From positions 352,001 to 416,000 of the forward strand of contig OY760142.1 of the NCBI GenBank assembly GCA_963663225.1: a DNA stretch of 64,000 bases, given 5' to 3'. Source of the stretch: Nitrospirota bacterium. GTDB lineage: Bacteria; Nitrospirota; UBA9217. The position numbers and the translations under genes are program-made. Below the pieces are notes generated by a model. That model ran no database searches, was not told the DNA's origin, and saw nothing but the letters and a program-made list of their open reading frames with translations. Below are positions 29,464-38,851 of the stretch, in pieces; the stretch's first letter is position 1; every line of letters starts with the position of its first letter.

Positions 29464-30723
29464 TTATTTCTTTGTAGTTGTTGTGTTTGTTTTTACCGGC
29501 TCGGTTCCTGTCCCCAATTTCTGCTCTTCCGTAAACGGAACCTCTTTCACATCCGTGCCGGGACGTACTTTTTGCATCCCTTCCGCAATCACCCGGTCGC
29601 CTGCTGCAAGCCCCGAGGTGACAAGCCACTGATTCCCGATCGCCCGGTCAAGGATAAGCATCCGCTGTTCGACCTTGCTTTCAGCGCCGACAACATAGGC
29701 CAAAGGGTTCCCCTTCGGATCGCGCGAAACCGCCTGCTGAGGAATTAAAATGGCCTTCTCTTTGACGCCTTCACTCACGACTGCCCTGACAAACATGCCC
29801 GGCAGCAATATGTTTTTCGGATTGGGAAATACCGTCCGCAGAGTGACGGAACCGGTAGTCTGGTCTACTGTGACTTCCGAAAACTTCAGCGTGCCTGCTG
29901 AAGGATATGTGGTCCCGTCTTCAAGCAGCAGCTTCACCTTGGTCTGGTTTGCTCCAGCTTTTTTGAGCTGGCCGCTCGCCATTGCCTGCTCCATGCGCAG
30001 CAAGTCAGTACTCGACTGGGTCACGTCAACATAAATCGGGTCAAGCTGTTGTATCGTGGCAAGTGCGGTCGACTGGTTTGCCGTTACCAATGCACCGGTA
30101 GTGACTGATGATCTTCCGATCCTGCCGGTAATCGGCGCGACAACACGCGTGTAGGCAAGATTGATACGGGCGGTCTCCGCGGAGGCCTTGTTTGCGGTGA
30201 CGTCAGCCTCGGCCTGCTTGGACGCGGCAACAATTTCATCGTATTCCTGCTGGCTCACGGCTTTGATGGCAATCAACTCTTTATATCGCTCCGCTTTAAG
30301 CCTAGCAGGAACAACATTGGCTTCTGACCGTGCGAGTGCAGCCCTGGCGCTGTCGAAACTGGCCTGGTACGTGGACGGATCTATCTGGTACAGCACCTCT
30401 CCTGCCTTCACAATTGCGCCTTCCGTAAACAGGCGCTTCTGGATGATGCCGCCCACCTGCGGCCTCACTTCGGCAATGAGATAGGGAGAAGTCCGGCCCG
30501 GAAGTTCTGTAGTGAGCATAACGCGCTGTGGCTGGACCATAACCACACTAACTTCAACAGGGCCCGGTTTCTGCGCAGGGGCTTTTTTTTCACAGCCGGT
30601 CATCATGAGGCCGACAATCAAAATACCCATCAGGGTAATTGTTCCGGTTTTGTTAGTAACTTGCATATACCGCATAATCTCTTTCCTCCACACAATGTAA
30701 TCAATTAGTTCCGTTGTAATCAA
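29464..30723 (-). CDS. RND periplasmic adaptor (AcrA/MexA family; true start probably ~30666-30675)
   Basis: Lipobox MTGC, ELPGRTSPYLIAEVRPQVGGII and LLPGMFVRA. Confidence 0.95.
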   Translation of the reverse strand: MITTELIDYIVWRKEIMRYMQVTNKTGTITLMGILIVGLMMTGCEKKAPAQKPGPVEVSVVMVQPQRVMLTTELPGRTSPYLIAEVRPQVGGIIQKRLFTEGAIVKAGEVLYQIDPSTYQASFDSARAALARSEANVVPARLKAERYKELIAIKAVSQQEYDEIVAASKQAEADVTANKASAETARINLAYTRVVAPITGRIGRSSVTTGALVTANQSTALATIQQLDPIYVDVTQSSTDLLRMEQAMASGQLKKAGANQTKVKLLLEDGTTYPSAGTLKFSEVTVDQTTGSVTLRTVFPNPKNILLPGMFVRAVVSEGVKEKAILIPQQAVSRDPKGNPLAYVVGAESKVEQRMLILDRAIGNQWLVTSGLAAGDRVIAEGMQKVRPGTDVKEVPFTEEQKLGTGTEPVKTNTTTTKK

Positions 30724-30733
30724 CAGCGGTGTA

Positions 30734-31390
30734 TTATTTCCGTATCGCCTGATTTTTAGCGCGTAGTGCCAGAATTCCAGTCAGGGAAAAATCCGCAATA
30801 TGCTCGGCATACGCTTCTTCATCACAGATAGACAGCAGTCCGATTTTTTTTGCACATTTTTTCAGTTCCTCACGGCGGATGAGCAATGGCGTAGTGCACT
30901 GGCTTATAACGCTGATCGTGCAAAACCTGATCTGCATCTCTGTGGAAGACGGCCCGAGGAGTTCGCGGATCAAATGCTCAAATTTTTCATGCAACGGCTT
31001 GACTGTTTCACGAATCACGTCCTTGAGCAGTTCAGTTGAGGTGGCAAGCTCATTGTGGATGATGACAAACTCCTTGTTGTTCCTGTCCGCAATGCGCCGA
31101 ACCAGCGAGAGGATGTATCCCCGCAGACGCTCTTCCGCCGATGCATGCTCACTCACGCCTCCGTCCGGCGGATACACTTTTAACGATTCCAGGTAGGAAT
31201 ACCTCCATGCCTCCCGATACAGAGTTTCCTTGTCTCCGAAGTGGTAATTTACGGCAGCTATATTTGCGCCGGCTTTCTCGCATATTTCCGCAATGGTGGC
31301 ATCCCGGTAGCCTTTCGCTGCAAAAATTTCGCTTGCTGCTTCGAGCAGGCTGGTACTGGTTTTCCCTGGTTTTTTTCTGGCGAGATTCAC
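30734..31390 (-). CDS. TetR family regulator (CecR/CerR-like) heading the efflux operon
   Basis: FAAKGYRDATIAEICEKAGANIAAVNYHFGDKETLY HTH. Confidence 0.92.
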   Translation of the reverse strand: MNLARKKPGKTSTSLLEAASEIFAAKGYRDATIAEICEKAGANIAAVNYHFGDKETLYREAWRYSYLESLKVYPPDGGVSEHASAEERLRGYILSLVRRIADRNNKEFVIIHNELATSTELLKDVIRETVKPLHEKFEHLIRELLGPSSTEMQIRFCTISVISQCTTPLLIRREELKKCAKKIGLLSICDEEAYAEHIADFSLTGILALRAKNQAIRK

Positions 31391-31419
31391 CGGCGCCTCC
31401 GCTGTCCGTTCTTATTGCA

Positions 31420-31476
31420 CAAAATTAAAACACAAATTTCAAATAACAATTTAAATTAATTATTTATTTTTGTCAA
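31420..31476 (-). promoter_or_regulatory. sigma70 promoter and AT-rich putative TetR operator region
   Basis: TTGACA-N17-TAAATT on the minus strand, overlapping AT-rich imperfect repeats. Confidence 0.5.
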
Positions 31477-31587
31477 GACAAAATTTCTTGTATATGTAAA
31501 ATACATTCTAGTCGCTTTTCGTTCGGGCCATAGACATTCTCCGGTATATTTCAAGAACAATATCTTTGATGTATAATTATCTTGTAG

Positions 31588-32742
31588 TTGATAATGCTGA
31601 TATCCAACACATTAAGGAGGCTCATATCCATTATGGAGGAGAAACAAAGATTCAGCGCCGCGCAAATCATTTTTTTCATCGTCCTAGCAGCTGTACTATG
31701 GTGGCTCTTCGTACGGCCGGATGGAAAAATTACCGATGAAAAAGCAGAGCCCCGGGCGGTTGTTGCGCGAGGCGATCTTGCCCAGGAGGAAAAAACCGCC
31801 GTCGAAATATTCAAGAATGTTTCTCGTTCGGTTGTGTATATTTCGAGCATTGAACTCCGGCGCGATTACTTTTCCTTAAACGTGTATGAAATTCCTAAAG
31901 GGACCGGTTCGGGATTTGTCTGGGACAAGGATGGCAGGATCGTTACCAATTTTCATGTCATCGCGGACGCTGGCCGCATTGAAATAATTCTTGCAGACAA
32001 TACCAAATGGAAAGCAGCACTTGTCGGAGCATCGCCGGACAAAGATATTGCGGTTCTTAAAATTTCCGCCCCCGCGGATAAACTGAGCCCCATCCCTCTT
32101 GGTGATTCTAACAATCTTCTTGTCGGCCAGAAAGTCTTTGCAATCGGGAACCCTTTCGGACTTGACCAGACAATGACGTCCGGCATCGTAAGCGCCTTGG
32201 GACGGGAAATCCAGTCCGCGAACGGCAGAACAATACAGGGAATGATCCAGACCGACGCGGCGATCAATCCCGGGAATTCCGGCGGTCCATTGCTAGACAG
32301 CGCGGGGCGACTCATCGGCGTCAACACCGCCATCTATAGCCCGTCAGGCGCCAGCGCTGGCATCGGCTTCGCTGTTCCCGTCGAGATTGTAAACCGGGTC
32401 GTTCCTGAGCTCATCCGATACGGAAGAGTCAGCAAACCGGGCATCGGAATAACTATTGCTCACCCCAGCCTCGCAGAACGGCTAAATGTTCAAGGCGTTC
32501 TCATACTCAATGTCCAGAAAGGTACGAGCGCTGAAGCGGCCGGCCTCAGAGGAACACGGCAGCGGGGTGCCGATATCATCCTCGGCGACATAATCGTGAG
32601 CGTAAACGATAAACCGGTGATGTCCTACGATACCCTGAGAAATGAATTTGACAAATACAAAATCGGCGATGCGGTAAATCTCGGGATCATCCGCGATGCC
32701 AAACCAATCACCGTTCCCGTCAAACTTGAGGAAGTGCAGTAG
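31588..32742 (+). CDS. HtrA/DegP-family serine protease with a single PDZ domain (start probably 31633)
   Basis: TNFHVI, DIAVL and TDAAINPGNSGGPL catalytic triad motifs. Confidence 0.95.
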   Translation: MIMLISNTLRRLISIMEEKQRFSAAQIIFFIVLAAVLWWLFVRPDGKITDEKAEPRAVVARGDLAQEEKTAVEIFKNVSRSVVYISSIELRRDYFSLNVYEIPKGTGSGFVWDKDGRIVTNFHVIADAGRIEIILADNTKWKAALVGASPDKDIAVLKISAPADKLSPIPLGDSNNLLVGQKVFAIGNPFGLDQTMTSGIVSALGREIQSANGRTIQGMIQTDAAINPGNSGGPLLDSAGRLIGVNTAIYSPSGASAGIGFAVPVEIVNRVVPELIRYGRVSKPGIGITIAHPSLAERLNVQGVLILNVQKGTSAEAAGLRGTRQRGADIILGDIIVSVNDKPVMSYDTLRNEFDKYKIGDAVNLGIIRDAKPITVPVKLEEVQ

Positions 32743-32851
32743 CTGCACGCTGCGGCAACGGCACAAATACTTGGTGATGCCTCATCGTCCTCCAAAAAGG
32801 TGGCCGTTGCTGCAGCTTTGCCCGTAATGGCGTTTAAAACATTGCTTGCCG

Positions 32852-33358
32852 TCAGGAGCCTTTTTTCAGGCAGGACACAATTTCCCCCACATACATGCGA
32901 TGGTAATCTTTCGCGGGATACAAGTCATGAATGCCCTGCTCCAGGAAATAACCAGGATTAATATCCTGAAAATAAAGTTTTCTGCACGCAAGCACGAGCC
33001 GCGCTTCGCCGAAATAAATAAAGCCGTCTTTTGATATCGGCGTTAAACCTGTTTCTTTCACTTTATCTGTGTCTCTCCCGGAGTTGCTCCCGCAAAAATT
33101 CAATTCTTTGCGGTATCGTTCCTCGAAAAACGAGAGGGTAAAATTCTCAGAGCGTTCCATGAACTCAAACGTATATCGTGTCGGCCGCACAAAGCAAAAG
33201 CTGACCTGCTTTTGCCAGAGAACTCCCACCCCGCCCCAACTCGCAGTCATCGTGTTAAACGACTGTTGCGTGCCTGCGGTAATCAGCATCCAGTCCTTAC
33301 CTATCAGTTTAAAGGGATTATCAATCAATTGCTCCGGCTTCGATTCTATAAAATTCAT
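32852..33358 (-). CDS. Flavin reductase-like (flavoredoxin) protein
   Basis: WMLITAG...NTMTASWGG, RPTRYT, GSNSGRD and YHRMYVGEI. Confidence 0.9.
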   Translation of the reverse strand: MNFIESKPEQLIDNPFKLIGKDWMLITAGTQQSFNTMTASWGGVGVLWQKQVSFCFVRPTRYTFEFMERSENFTLSFFEERYRKELNFCGSNSGRDTDKVKETGLTPISKDGFIYFGEARLVLACRKLYFQDINPGYFLEQGIHDLYPAKDYHRMYVGEIVSCLKKGS

Positions 33359-33430
33359 TTTTCTTCCTTTCTTTTGCAATAGTATTTTGAGTGAAGCATT
33401 TTATAACAGCCTTCCCTGCCGTAAGACGCA

Positions 33431-34075
33431 TCAACTGCTCACCAGTCGAGCTCCCATCTCGAAAGCTTTTCGGCAGTCTTGTGGAAACACCTCTCTGCGC
33501 CGTTCCGCTTTTTTCTCGGGATCAAAGCGGTCGGCCACATATTTCGAGTAGTCCTCAAATTGGCAGGTATCACAGCTTGTAAGAGTTTCTGCTGATCCAA
33601 ACAACAATTGCAGCACCATTGCAGCGCGTTGAAAGTTTTGATCGTACCCCCACTCCCTCATTACAGCCTCCGGAACATTCATCGTATATACAAACCCGGT
33701 TTTAATTTTCCGCGGAAACAGTGTTTTCGGGGGATCAGTATACATCAGGTAAGGAAACTGTAACCGCTCAAGAAAAGATCTCATTTCACCGGTGGCGCTC
33801 CCGAAATAGACCGGGGAACCGAGTATCAGAGCATCGATTTCCTCGATCTTTTTGAAAACCGTCGTCAGGTCGTCCTGTACCGCGCATTTTCCGTAACTTT
33901 TGTGTCCCCTCGTCTTGCAGGCAAAACAACTGATGCATCCTTTGTACGAAAGATCGTACAGATGAATAAGCTCCGTTTCAGCCCCTCGCGAAGCAGCTCC
34001 TTCAAGACTTTGTTGCAAAAGAGTGGCCGTGTTCCATTTTTTCCTCGGACTGCCGTTTATCGCCATAACTTTCAT
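33431..34075 (-). CDS. Flavodoxin-fold FMN reductase / iron-sulfur flavoprotein family
   Basis: INGSPRKKWNT, GCISCFACK...C and GSPVYF. Confidence 0.9.
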   Translation of the reverse strand: MKVMAINGSPRKKWNTATLLQQSLEGAASRGAETELIHLYDLSYKGCISCFACKTRGHKSYGKCAVQDDLTTVFKKIEEIDALILGSPVYFGSATGEMRSFLERLQFPYLMYTDPPKTLFPRKIKTGFVYTMNVPEAVMREWGYDQNFQRAAMVLQLLFGSAETLTSCDTCQFEDYSKYVADRFDPEKKAERRREVFPQDCRKAFEMGARLVSS

Positions 34076-34141
34076 GAGTTATGCCCGCCTTTCTAGTGAT
34101 ATCCAACGTGCACATTATATAACTTTGCTCCGCGACAATTC

Positions 34142-34966
34142 CTATCTCCAGATAATCTGCGCATCCTTCCTGGGAGGCAAAAAGTGATATTTGTATTTTG
34201 GATATCCGATCATCATAATTCCAAAACTTGCGTGGCCTTCGGGAAGCGCCAAAGTCCGTTGAAGCGGCTGAGACTGCATGGAAGCCATCATAATAAATCC
34301 GGCCCAGCAGCAACCAAGGCCGAACGTGGGCGCTGTCAGATCCAGATAGGCAAGGGCAGAGGTGCAGTCGACCTGGGCCAGTCCGTAATCCTTGGGAGCA
34401 TGGGCAACAATCAGGGCCGGCGCGCCCCGTGAAATGCCGTCAAAACCCGATTCCCAAGCTGTTACGACATCAGCCAGGCGATACTTTTCCGCAATCGCTT
34501 TCTTCTCCTCAACCCAGCTGCGCATCAGATCGATAACCAGCCCGCTTATTCGCTTCACATCTTCCCGATCGTTGATTACCAGCCAATGAACCAGCTGACT
34601 GTTGCCGCCCGTCGGAGCGTATCGCGCAATCTCGATGAGCTTTTTCAATTTTTCACGCTCAATCTGTTTTCTCAGATACGTACGGATGGATCGGCGCGAT
34701 TTTAAAAAAAGCCCGGCTTGTTCCGCGCTCAGAGCCGCTTTATTTTGTACCGGAATAAAATCCTCCGCTTTCCACGCTGAGTGAGTTAATGCCCCGTGAG
34801 GACAGACCGCAACGCAGTGTCCGCATTTCACACACCGTGTTTCAGCATCAGGCACAGGCGTCGGCAGTGCAGAACCGTCTTTTTGTTCGATAAGCCTTAA
34901 AGGACATTCTTCGACACAGGCACCGTCTTTTTTGCACGTTTGTTCATTAATTGTAAAGAGCGACAT
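34142..34966 (-). CDS. Nitroreductase with N-terminal ferredoxin domain
   Basis: CKKDGACVEECP, CVKCGHCVAVCP, SRRSIR, APTGGNSQ and GCCWAGF. Confidence 0.92.
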   Translation of the reverse strand: MSLFTINEQTCKKDGACVEECPLRLIEQKDGSALPTPVPDAETRCVKCGHCVAVCPHGALTHSAWKAEDFIPVQNKAALSAEQAGLFLKSRRSIRTYLRKQIEREKLKKLIEIARYAPTGGNSQLVHWLVINDREDVKRISGLVIDLMRSWVEEKKAIAEKYRLADVVTAWESGFDGISRGAPALIVAHAPKDYGLAQVDCTSALAYLDLTAPTFGLGCCWAGFIMMASMQSQPLQRTLALPEGHASFGIMMIGYPKYKYHFLPPRKDAQIIWR

Positions 34967-35042
34967 GAGAACCTCCTTGTTTGAGCCGAAAAACTACACC
35001 GCAGTGATTACCCGCTGGAGCGAGTGCGAATTTTATTGCGTC

Positions 35043-35090
35043 AGGCTAACATGCATAGTATACTCTGTCAAGTAGTTACAAAATTGTAAT
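35043..35090. promoter_or_regulatory. Nitroreductase promoter with putative HxlR-family operator
   Basis: TTGACA-N17-TAGCCT on the minus strand; adjacent palindromes TACT-N6-AGTA and TTACAAAATTGTAA. Confidence 0.5.
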
Positions 35091-35121
35091 ACAGTTTCAA
35101 AAAATATACTCTGGAGATATC

Positions 35122-35439
35122 ATGTCCTATAAAACATGCACTGCCGGAGATTGTTCGGTGGCAAAAACGCTGCGGATAATCGGGAGCAAGTGGACGATAC
35201 TCATCATCAGGGACCTTCTGCAGGGCACGCTTCGCTTCGGTGAGTTAAGAAAATCTCTGGACGGGGTGAGTCCTAAAACTCTGTCCGAACGACTTAAATC
35301 GCTCGAAAAAGAAGGCATCCTCGTCAAAAAAATCTATCCGGAAGTTCCACCCCGTGTCGAGTATTCCCTGACGAAGCGGGGAAAGAATCTTGCCAGCGTC
35401 ATCCAGAGCATGAAAGCGTGGGGAGACAAGATAAGCTGA
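35122..35439 (+). CDS. HxlR/DUF24 family winged-helix regulator
   Basis: CSVAKTLRIIGSKW, RFGEL and YPEVPPRVEYSLT; conserved N-terminal Cys. Confidence 0.93.
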   Translation: MSYKTCTAGDCSVAKTLRIIGSKWTILIIRDLLQGTLRFGELRKSLDGVSPKTLSERLKSLEKEGILVKKIYPEVPPRVEYSLTKRGKNLASVIQSMKAWGDKIS

Positions 35440-35560
35440 TATTAATAGACGTCTTTTTGTTATTTCAGCTTACCGATACTGTCCTGTGAAGCGGTCTGGC
35501 TCTCATGCAGTATTTACCGCAAAAATAAGACAAATTCGCGGCGGCTCCAATGAAAAGATC

Positions 35561-36715
35561 TCATGCCGTTATGACGGCCACTTCTTCACGAAGCCGTTTG
35601 GGTGAAGTGGTCGATCTGGCCAGCTGTTTTATCACGCCCAGTCGCAGCAATGCCTCGCGGAATTCTTTTTGCTGGTTATTCGTTATTACAACAACCGGGA
35701 TATTCTTGTACCGGTCCACGGTCGGCAAAAACTGCAGGAGGTAATAATTGGGATCAGCATTGTTTTCAATCATCAGAATAATACAGGAAATATCCACGCC
35801 TTTTCGGAGAGACGAAACGGCCTCTTCAAAGCTTGAGATCTCTATGACCTTATAGTCTCCGCCAATCAGTTCCTGCGAGTAGAAACGCACGTCACGACCG
35901 GCCTCGTGAGCGGAACCTACCAAAAGCAGTTTTTTCTGTTTATCGAGACCTTTCTCTTCTATTCGCTGACTAACGTATCTCCTGATCAATGCAAGGTCTT
36001 TTTCCCGGATATTCATAAATCTGACGCCTGCCCCTACTCCCGAGATCAGATATTGAACAACTGCATCTGTTGCGATTGTGGTTCCTGATACAGGAAATTG
36101 TATCGAGATGCGGTCCCCGTTCTGAAATGGCCGCCCGCTCAGGAAAAACATGCCCCCTTCGCTGACATCAACTCCCTTGGCGGACTCCGATTCGTTGATC
36201 AGTATTTGTTCTCCATATCCGACCCTGGTTTTGCGAAGGTACCGATTTTCGATTTCCTCTATCTGGACGCCAATCTTTGCTGCGAATGCGGCAACTTTTT
36301 CAGCATGCGCGTTGAAGGTAGAGCTCATTTGTATCAAAAATTCACGCAGTTCGTCATTGGCATCTTGCAAAGCATTAATGAGATATTTTTCCGACTGACT
36401 GCATTCAACAGCATAAATCCGGCCGATCAGTGCCGGAAGGTCCAACTTCATGTTTCTCAAATTCGCAACCGTTTCCAAAAGGCTGTTGATTTCGGACAAA
36501 TTAATTTGGATTTCCTTGAACACCTTGGGCGCCGCCTGAATAATCCGCCGTTCCATTTGTACAAGCTGGACATGAGATTCTTCTTCAAAATGGAGCTCGA
36601 GGAAAAAATCGGCCGCCTCTTTGTTCAATTGATGGTCATCATGCAGCTTTTTGTAAAGCGAAGATACCTCGGATTCTACCCGTTCGAGCAAATCAAGCAC
36701 CTTATAGATATCCAT
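35561..36715 (-). CDS. Ferritin-like + PilZ + pseudo-receiver fusion protein
   Basis: E...EEESH helix pair; RKTR...DVSEGG...GVRF PilZ motifs; C-terminal REC-like fold without the phospho-Asp. Confidence 0.7.
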   Translation of the reverse strand: MDIYKVLDLLERVESEVSSLYKKLHDDHQLNKEAADFFLELHFEEESHVQLVQMERRIIQAAPKVFKEIQINLSEINSLLETVANLRNMKLDLPALIGRIYAVECSQSEKYLINALQDANDELREFLIQMSSTFNAHAEKVAAFAAKIGVQIEEIENRYLRKTRVGYGEQILINESESAKGVDVSEGGMFFLSGRPFQNGDRISIQFPVSGTTIATDAVVQYLISGVGAGVRFMNIREKDLALIRRYVSQRIEEKGLDKQKKLLLVGSAHEAGRDVRFYSQELIGGDYKVIEISSFEEAVSSLRKGVDISCIILMIENNADPNYYLLQFLPTVDRYKNIPVVVITNNQQKEFREALLRLGVIKQLARSTTSPKRLREEVAVITA

Positions 36716-36838
36716 TTGCGTCTCCTGGGCTGCCTTGAATGGTTTTAGAAAAGACTAGGAAGCCATAAATCCGTTCGATCATTCTGAATATGAAAATATT
36801 GTAGCATTAAATTCAAGCAACGTGAACCTGCATATCGT

Positions 36839-36879
36839 CAAAAAACAAGGGTGGAACCATTTTGGGTTCCACCCTTGTT
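36839..36879 (-). terminator. Rho-independent terminator
   Basis: 15-bp stem AACAAGGGTGGAACC/GGTTCCACCCTTGTT followed by a T-run on the minus strand. Confidence 0.85.
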
Positions 36880-36904
36880 GTATCCATGGTACAAAAAATC
36901 GTTT

Positions 36905-38413
36905 TTACTTTCCGACAGATGAATGAATGGCGTCCTTGAGGGTCTGTTCGGCGTCCTCGGGCAGGATATATCCCGCCTTTAAGTCATCAAACGTGGCCTT
37001 GAAAACTTCGTACATATACTTATGGTGATTTGGATAGAGGCTGTCAAGGACGATATCAGTAAATGGCTGAGTGTAGCCCCAGCGGCTGCATGTCCCCGGC
37101 CCGGCATTGGTGCCGGCGCTCACCGTGGTTGGAACTTCGACTTGCGGAAGACGAAGCCCCCCGACAGCGTTCCCGTAACTGTCTCGTTCAAGAACGGTTG
37201 GAGGTCCAAACGACGTAACCTCGATTGGCGGCGCCGCAGGTATCGGCGTGCCGGTTTTCACCCAATGAATAAGATGTTTCAGCCCAGCGCCGAATGCATA
37301 GTGGAACGGAATCTTGCTGCCGACCGGCTGGTAGGTGCAGTTGACCAGAGCGTCCTCCACGGCCGATCCATTGTCGCGGCGTTCCAGAAATACCCGACTT
37401 TGATATGATTGATAGTCATTATGCGACGTGCCTGTTACTTCCCATGTTACAAAGAACTGGTCATCGGGGCGGCGCACTCTGGCTTCGCTGCCCTGCACAT
37501 CGAACTCCGACAGCACTTTCCATACCGGAACCACAAGATCCGTACGGATACGGACACCCAGATCCCCATGAAGTGCAAATCCGTCTATTACCCGTGCCAG
37601 CGGCTCGACGTTATTTACATACGTCGATAACTGTGACGCGGACTGGGAATGCCCCATGGCAATGAAGATGCCGTGTTTTGCATGGCTGTCACGATGATGA
37701 CATTTTTCCTCACAGGTAAAGTGGTGCCATCCGAATGAATGCCGGCATTTATCAAACAGACCTCCAAGCGGATCAATTCCCACCGGACTACGGAGGGACT
37801 GCACGGCCTGCGATAAAATGTCATACGCGAGGGCATCGTTTGTTATGGTTGTACCGTCTGCAAGATGATCGACTACCAAAGACCCATAGCGAGTCGGGTT
37901 CCAGGTCTTCAAATAATTTACACCGATGCGCTGCACAGAAACACCGACCCAGGCGTGACCGCTGCGAAGAATGTAGTCATAAACCTGGAACCACGAATTC
38001 TCCATGTCCCAGCCGTTCGTGACATTTTGCCATTCGAAAATGACTACACCGCTGAAGTGCGCCGAATGCGCCGGCCTGCGAACAACGATCCTGGTTTTGT
38101 AAGGATGTCCGCTGTCCTGGATAGTGGCATCCTTTCCCGTTCCGTTGCCCGTTGCCGTCACCGAGGAAATGATATAGCGGTTGGCTGTGCCTTCGATAAA
38201 AAATTCCTGCTCTACATATCCCCGCGCCTTAAGATCGAACTGAGATGCAAAGAAGGGATAATTCCGTGATGGGTCTCCGGGGGTCGCGGTTGCGGGAATC
38301 GGTCCGGTAACGGTTGGATTCGGGACGGCCGCTGCGACATCAACTGCATTAATAGTGGCTACCAGGCAAAAAGAAACTGCAACCATGAAGCATACAATAA
38401 ATAACTTCTTCAT
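36905..38413 (-). CDS. Exported alpha/beta-hydrolase domain protein
   Basis: Signal peptide; YKTRIVVRRP, EWQNVT, GHSQSA nucleophile elbow and GNAVGGLRLP. Confidence 0.85.
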   Translation of the reverse strand: MKKLFIVCFMVAVSFCLVATINAVDVAAAVPNPTVTGPIPATATPGDPSRNYPFFASQFDLKARGYVEQEFFIEGTANRYIISSVTATGNGTGKDATIQDSGHPYKTRIVVRRPAHSAHFSGVVIFEWQNVTNGWDMENSWFQVYDYILRSGHAWVGVSVQRIGVNYLKTWNPTRYGSLVVDHLADGTTITNDALAYDILSQAVQSLRSPVGIDPLGGLFDKCRHSFGWHHFTCEEKCHHRDSHAKHGIFIAMGHSQSASQLSTYVNNVEPLARVIDGFALHGDLGVRIRTDLVVPVWKVLSEFDVQGSEARVRRPDDQFFVTWEVTGTSHNDYQSYQSRVFLERRDNGSAVEDALVNCTYQPVGSKIPFHYAFGAGLKHLIHWVKTGTPIPAAPPIEVTSFGPPTVLERDSYGNAVGGLRLPQVEVPTTVSAGTNAGPGTCSRWGYTQPFTDIVLDSLYPNHHKYMYEVFKATFDDLKAGYILPEDAEQTLKDAIHSSVGK

Positions 38414-38851
38414 ACATTTCCCTCCTTAAAGAGCATCATTCGGGTTAATGAATCATGTTATTTATTCGCTATCGATCCGGTTCACCTCCCCTCCTAGCAT
38501 AGATTTCAATGAAAAACCACCATTGAAAGAAGATGGAGAACGATCCTTGGACAGACATGCTTCAACACAGAAAAGATATTTTCCGGGGAGATGAAACGGC
38601 TTCTTAGATGTCAGAATGTTGCATGATAGTATCGTTATGTATTAATCATGCTTTTCGGTTAAAGTCAATACGACTAAGGTAACAATTTTATACAAAAAAC
38701 TTAGTTTTATAGCTATTTACTTTGACAAACTGTATAGCTCATCTGATAGAGGGGGTTCCGTGCCGCAGAAATTGCATAGTATTGGATTAGGGAAGCAGGT
38801 GCAGTATGAATCCTGGAGTTTCCGTGTTTCAGAAGCAAGCTCAAGAACATT

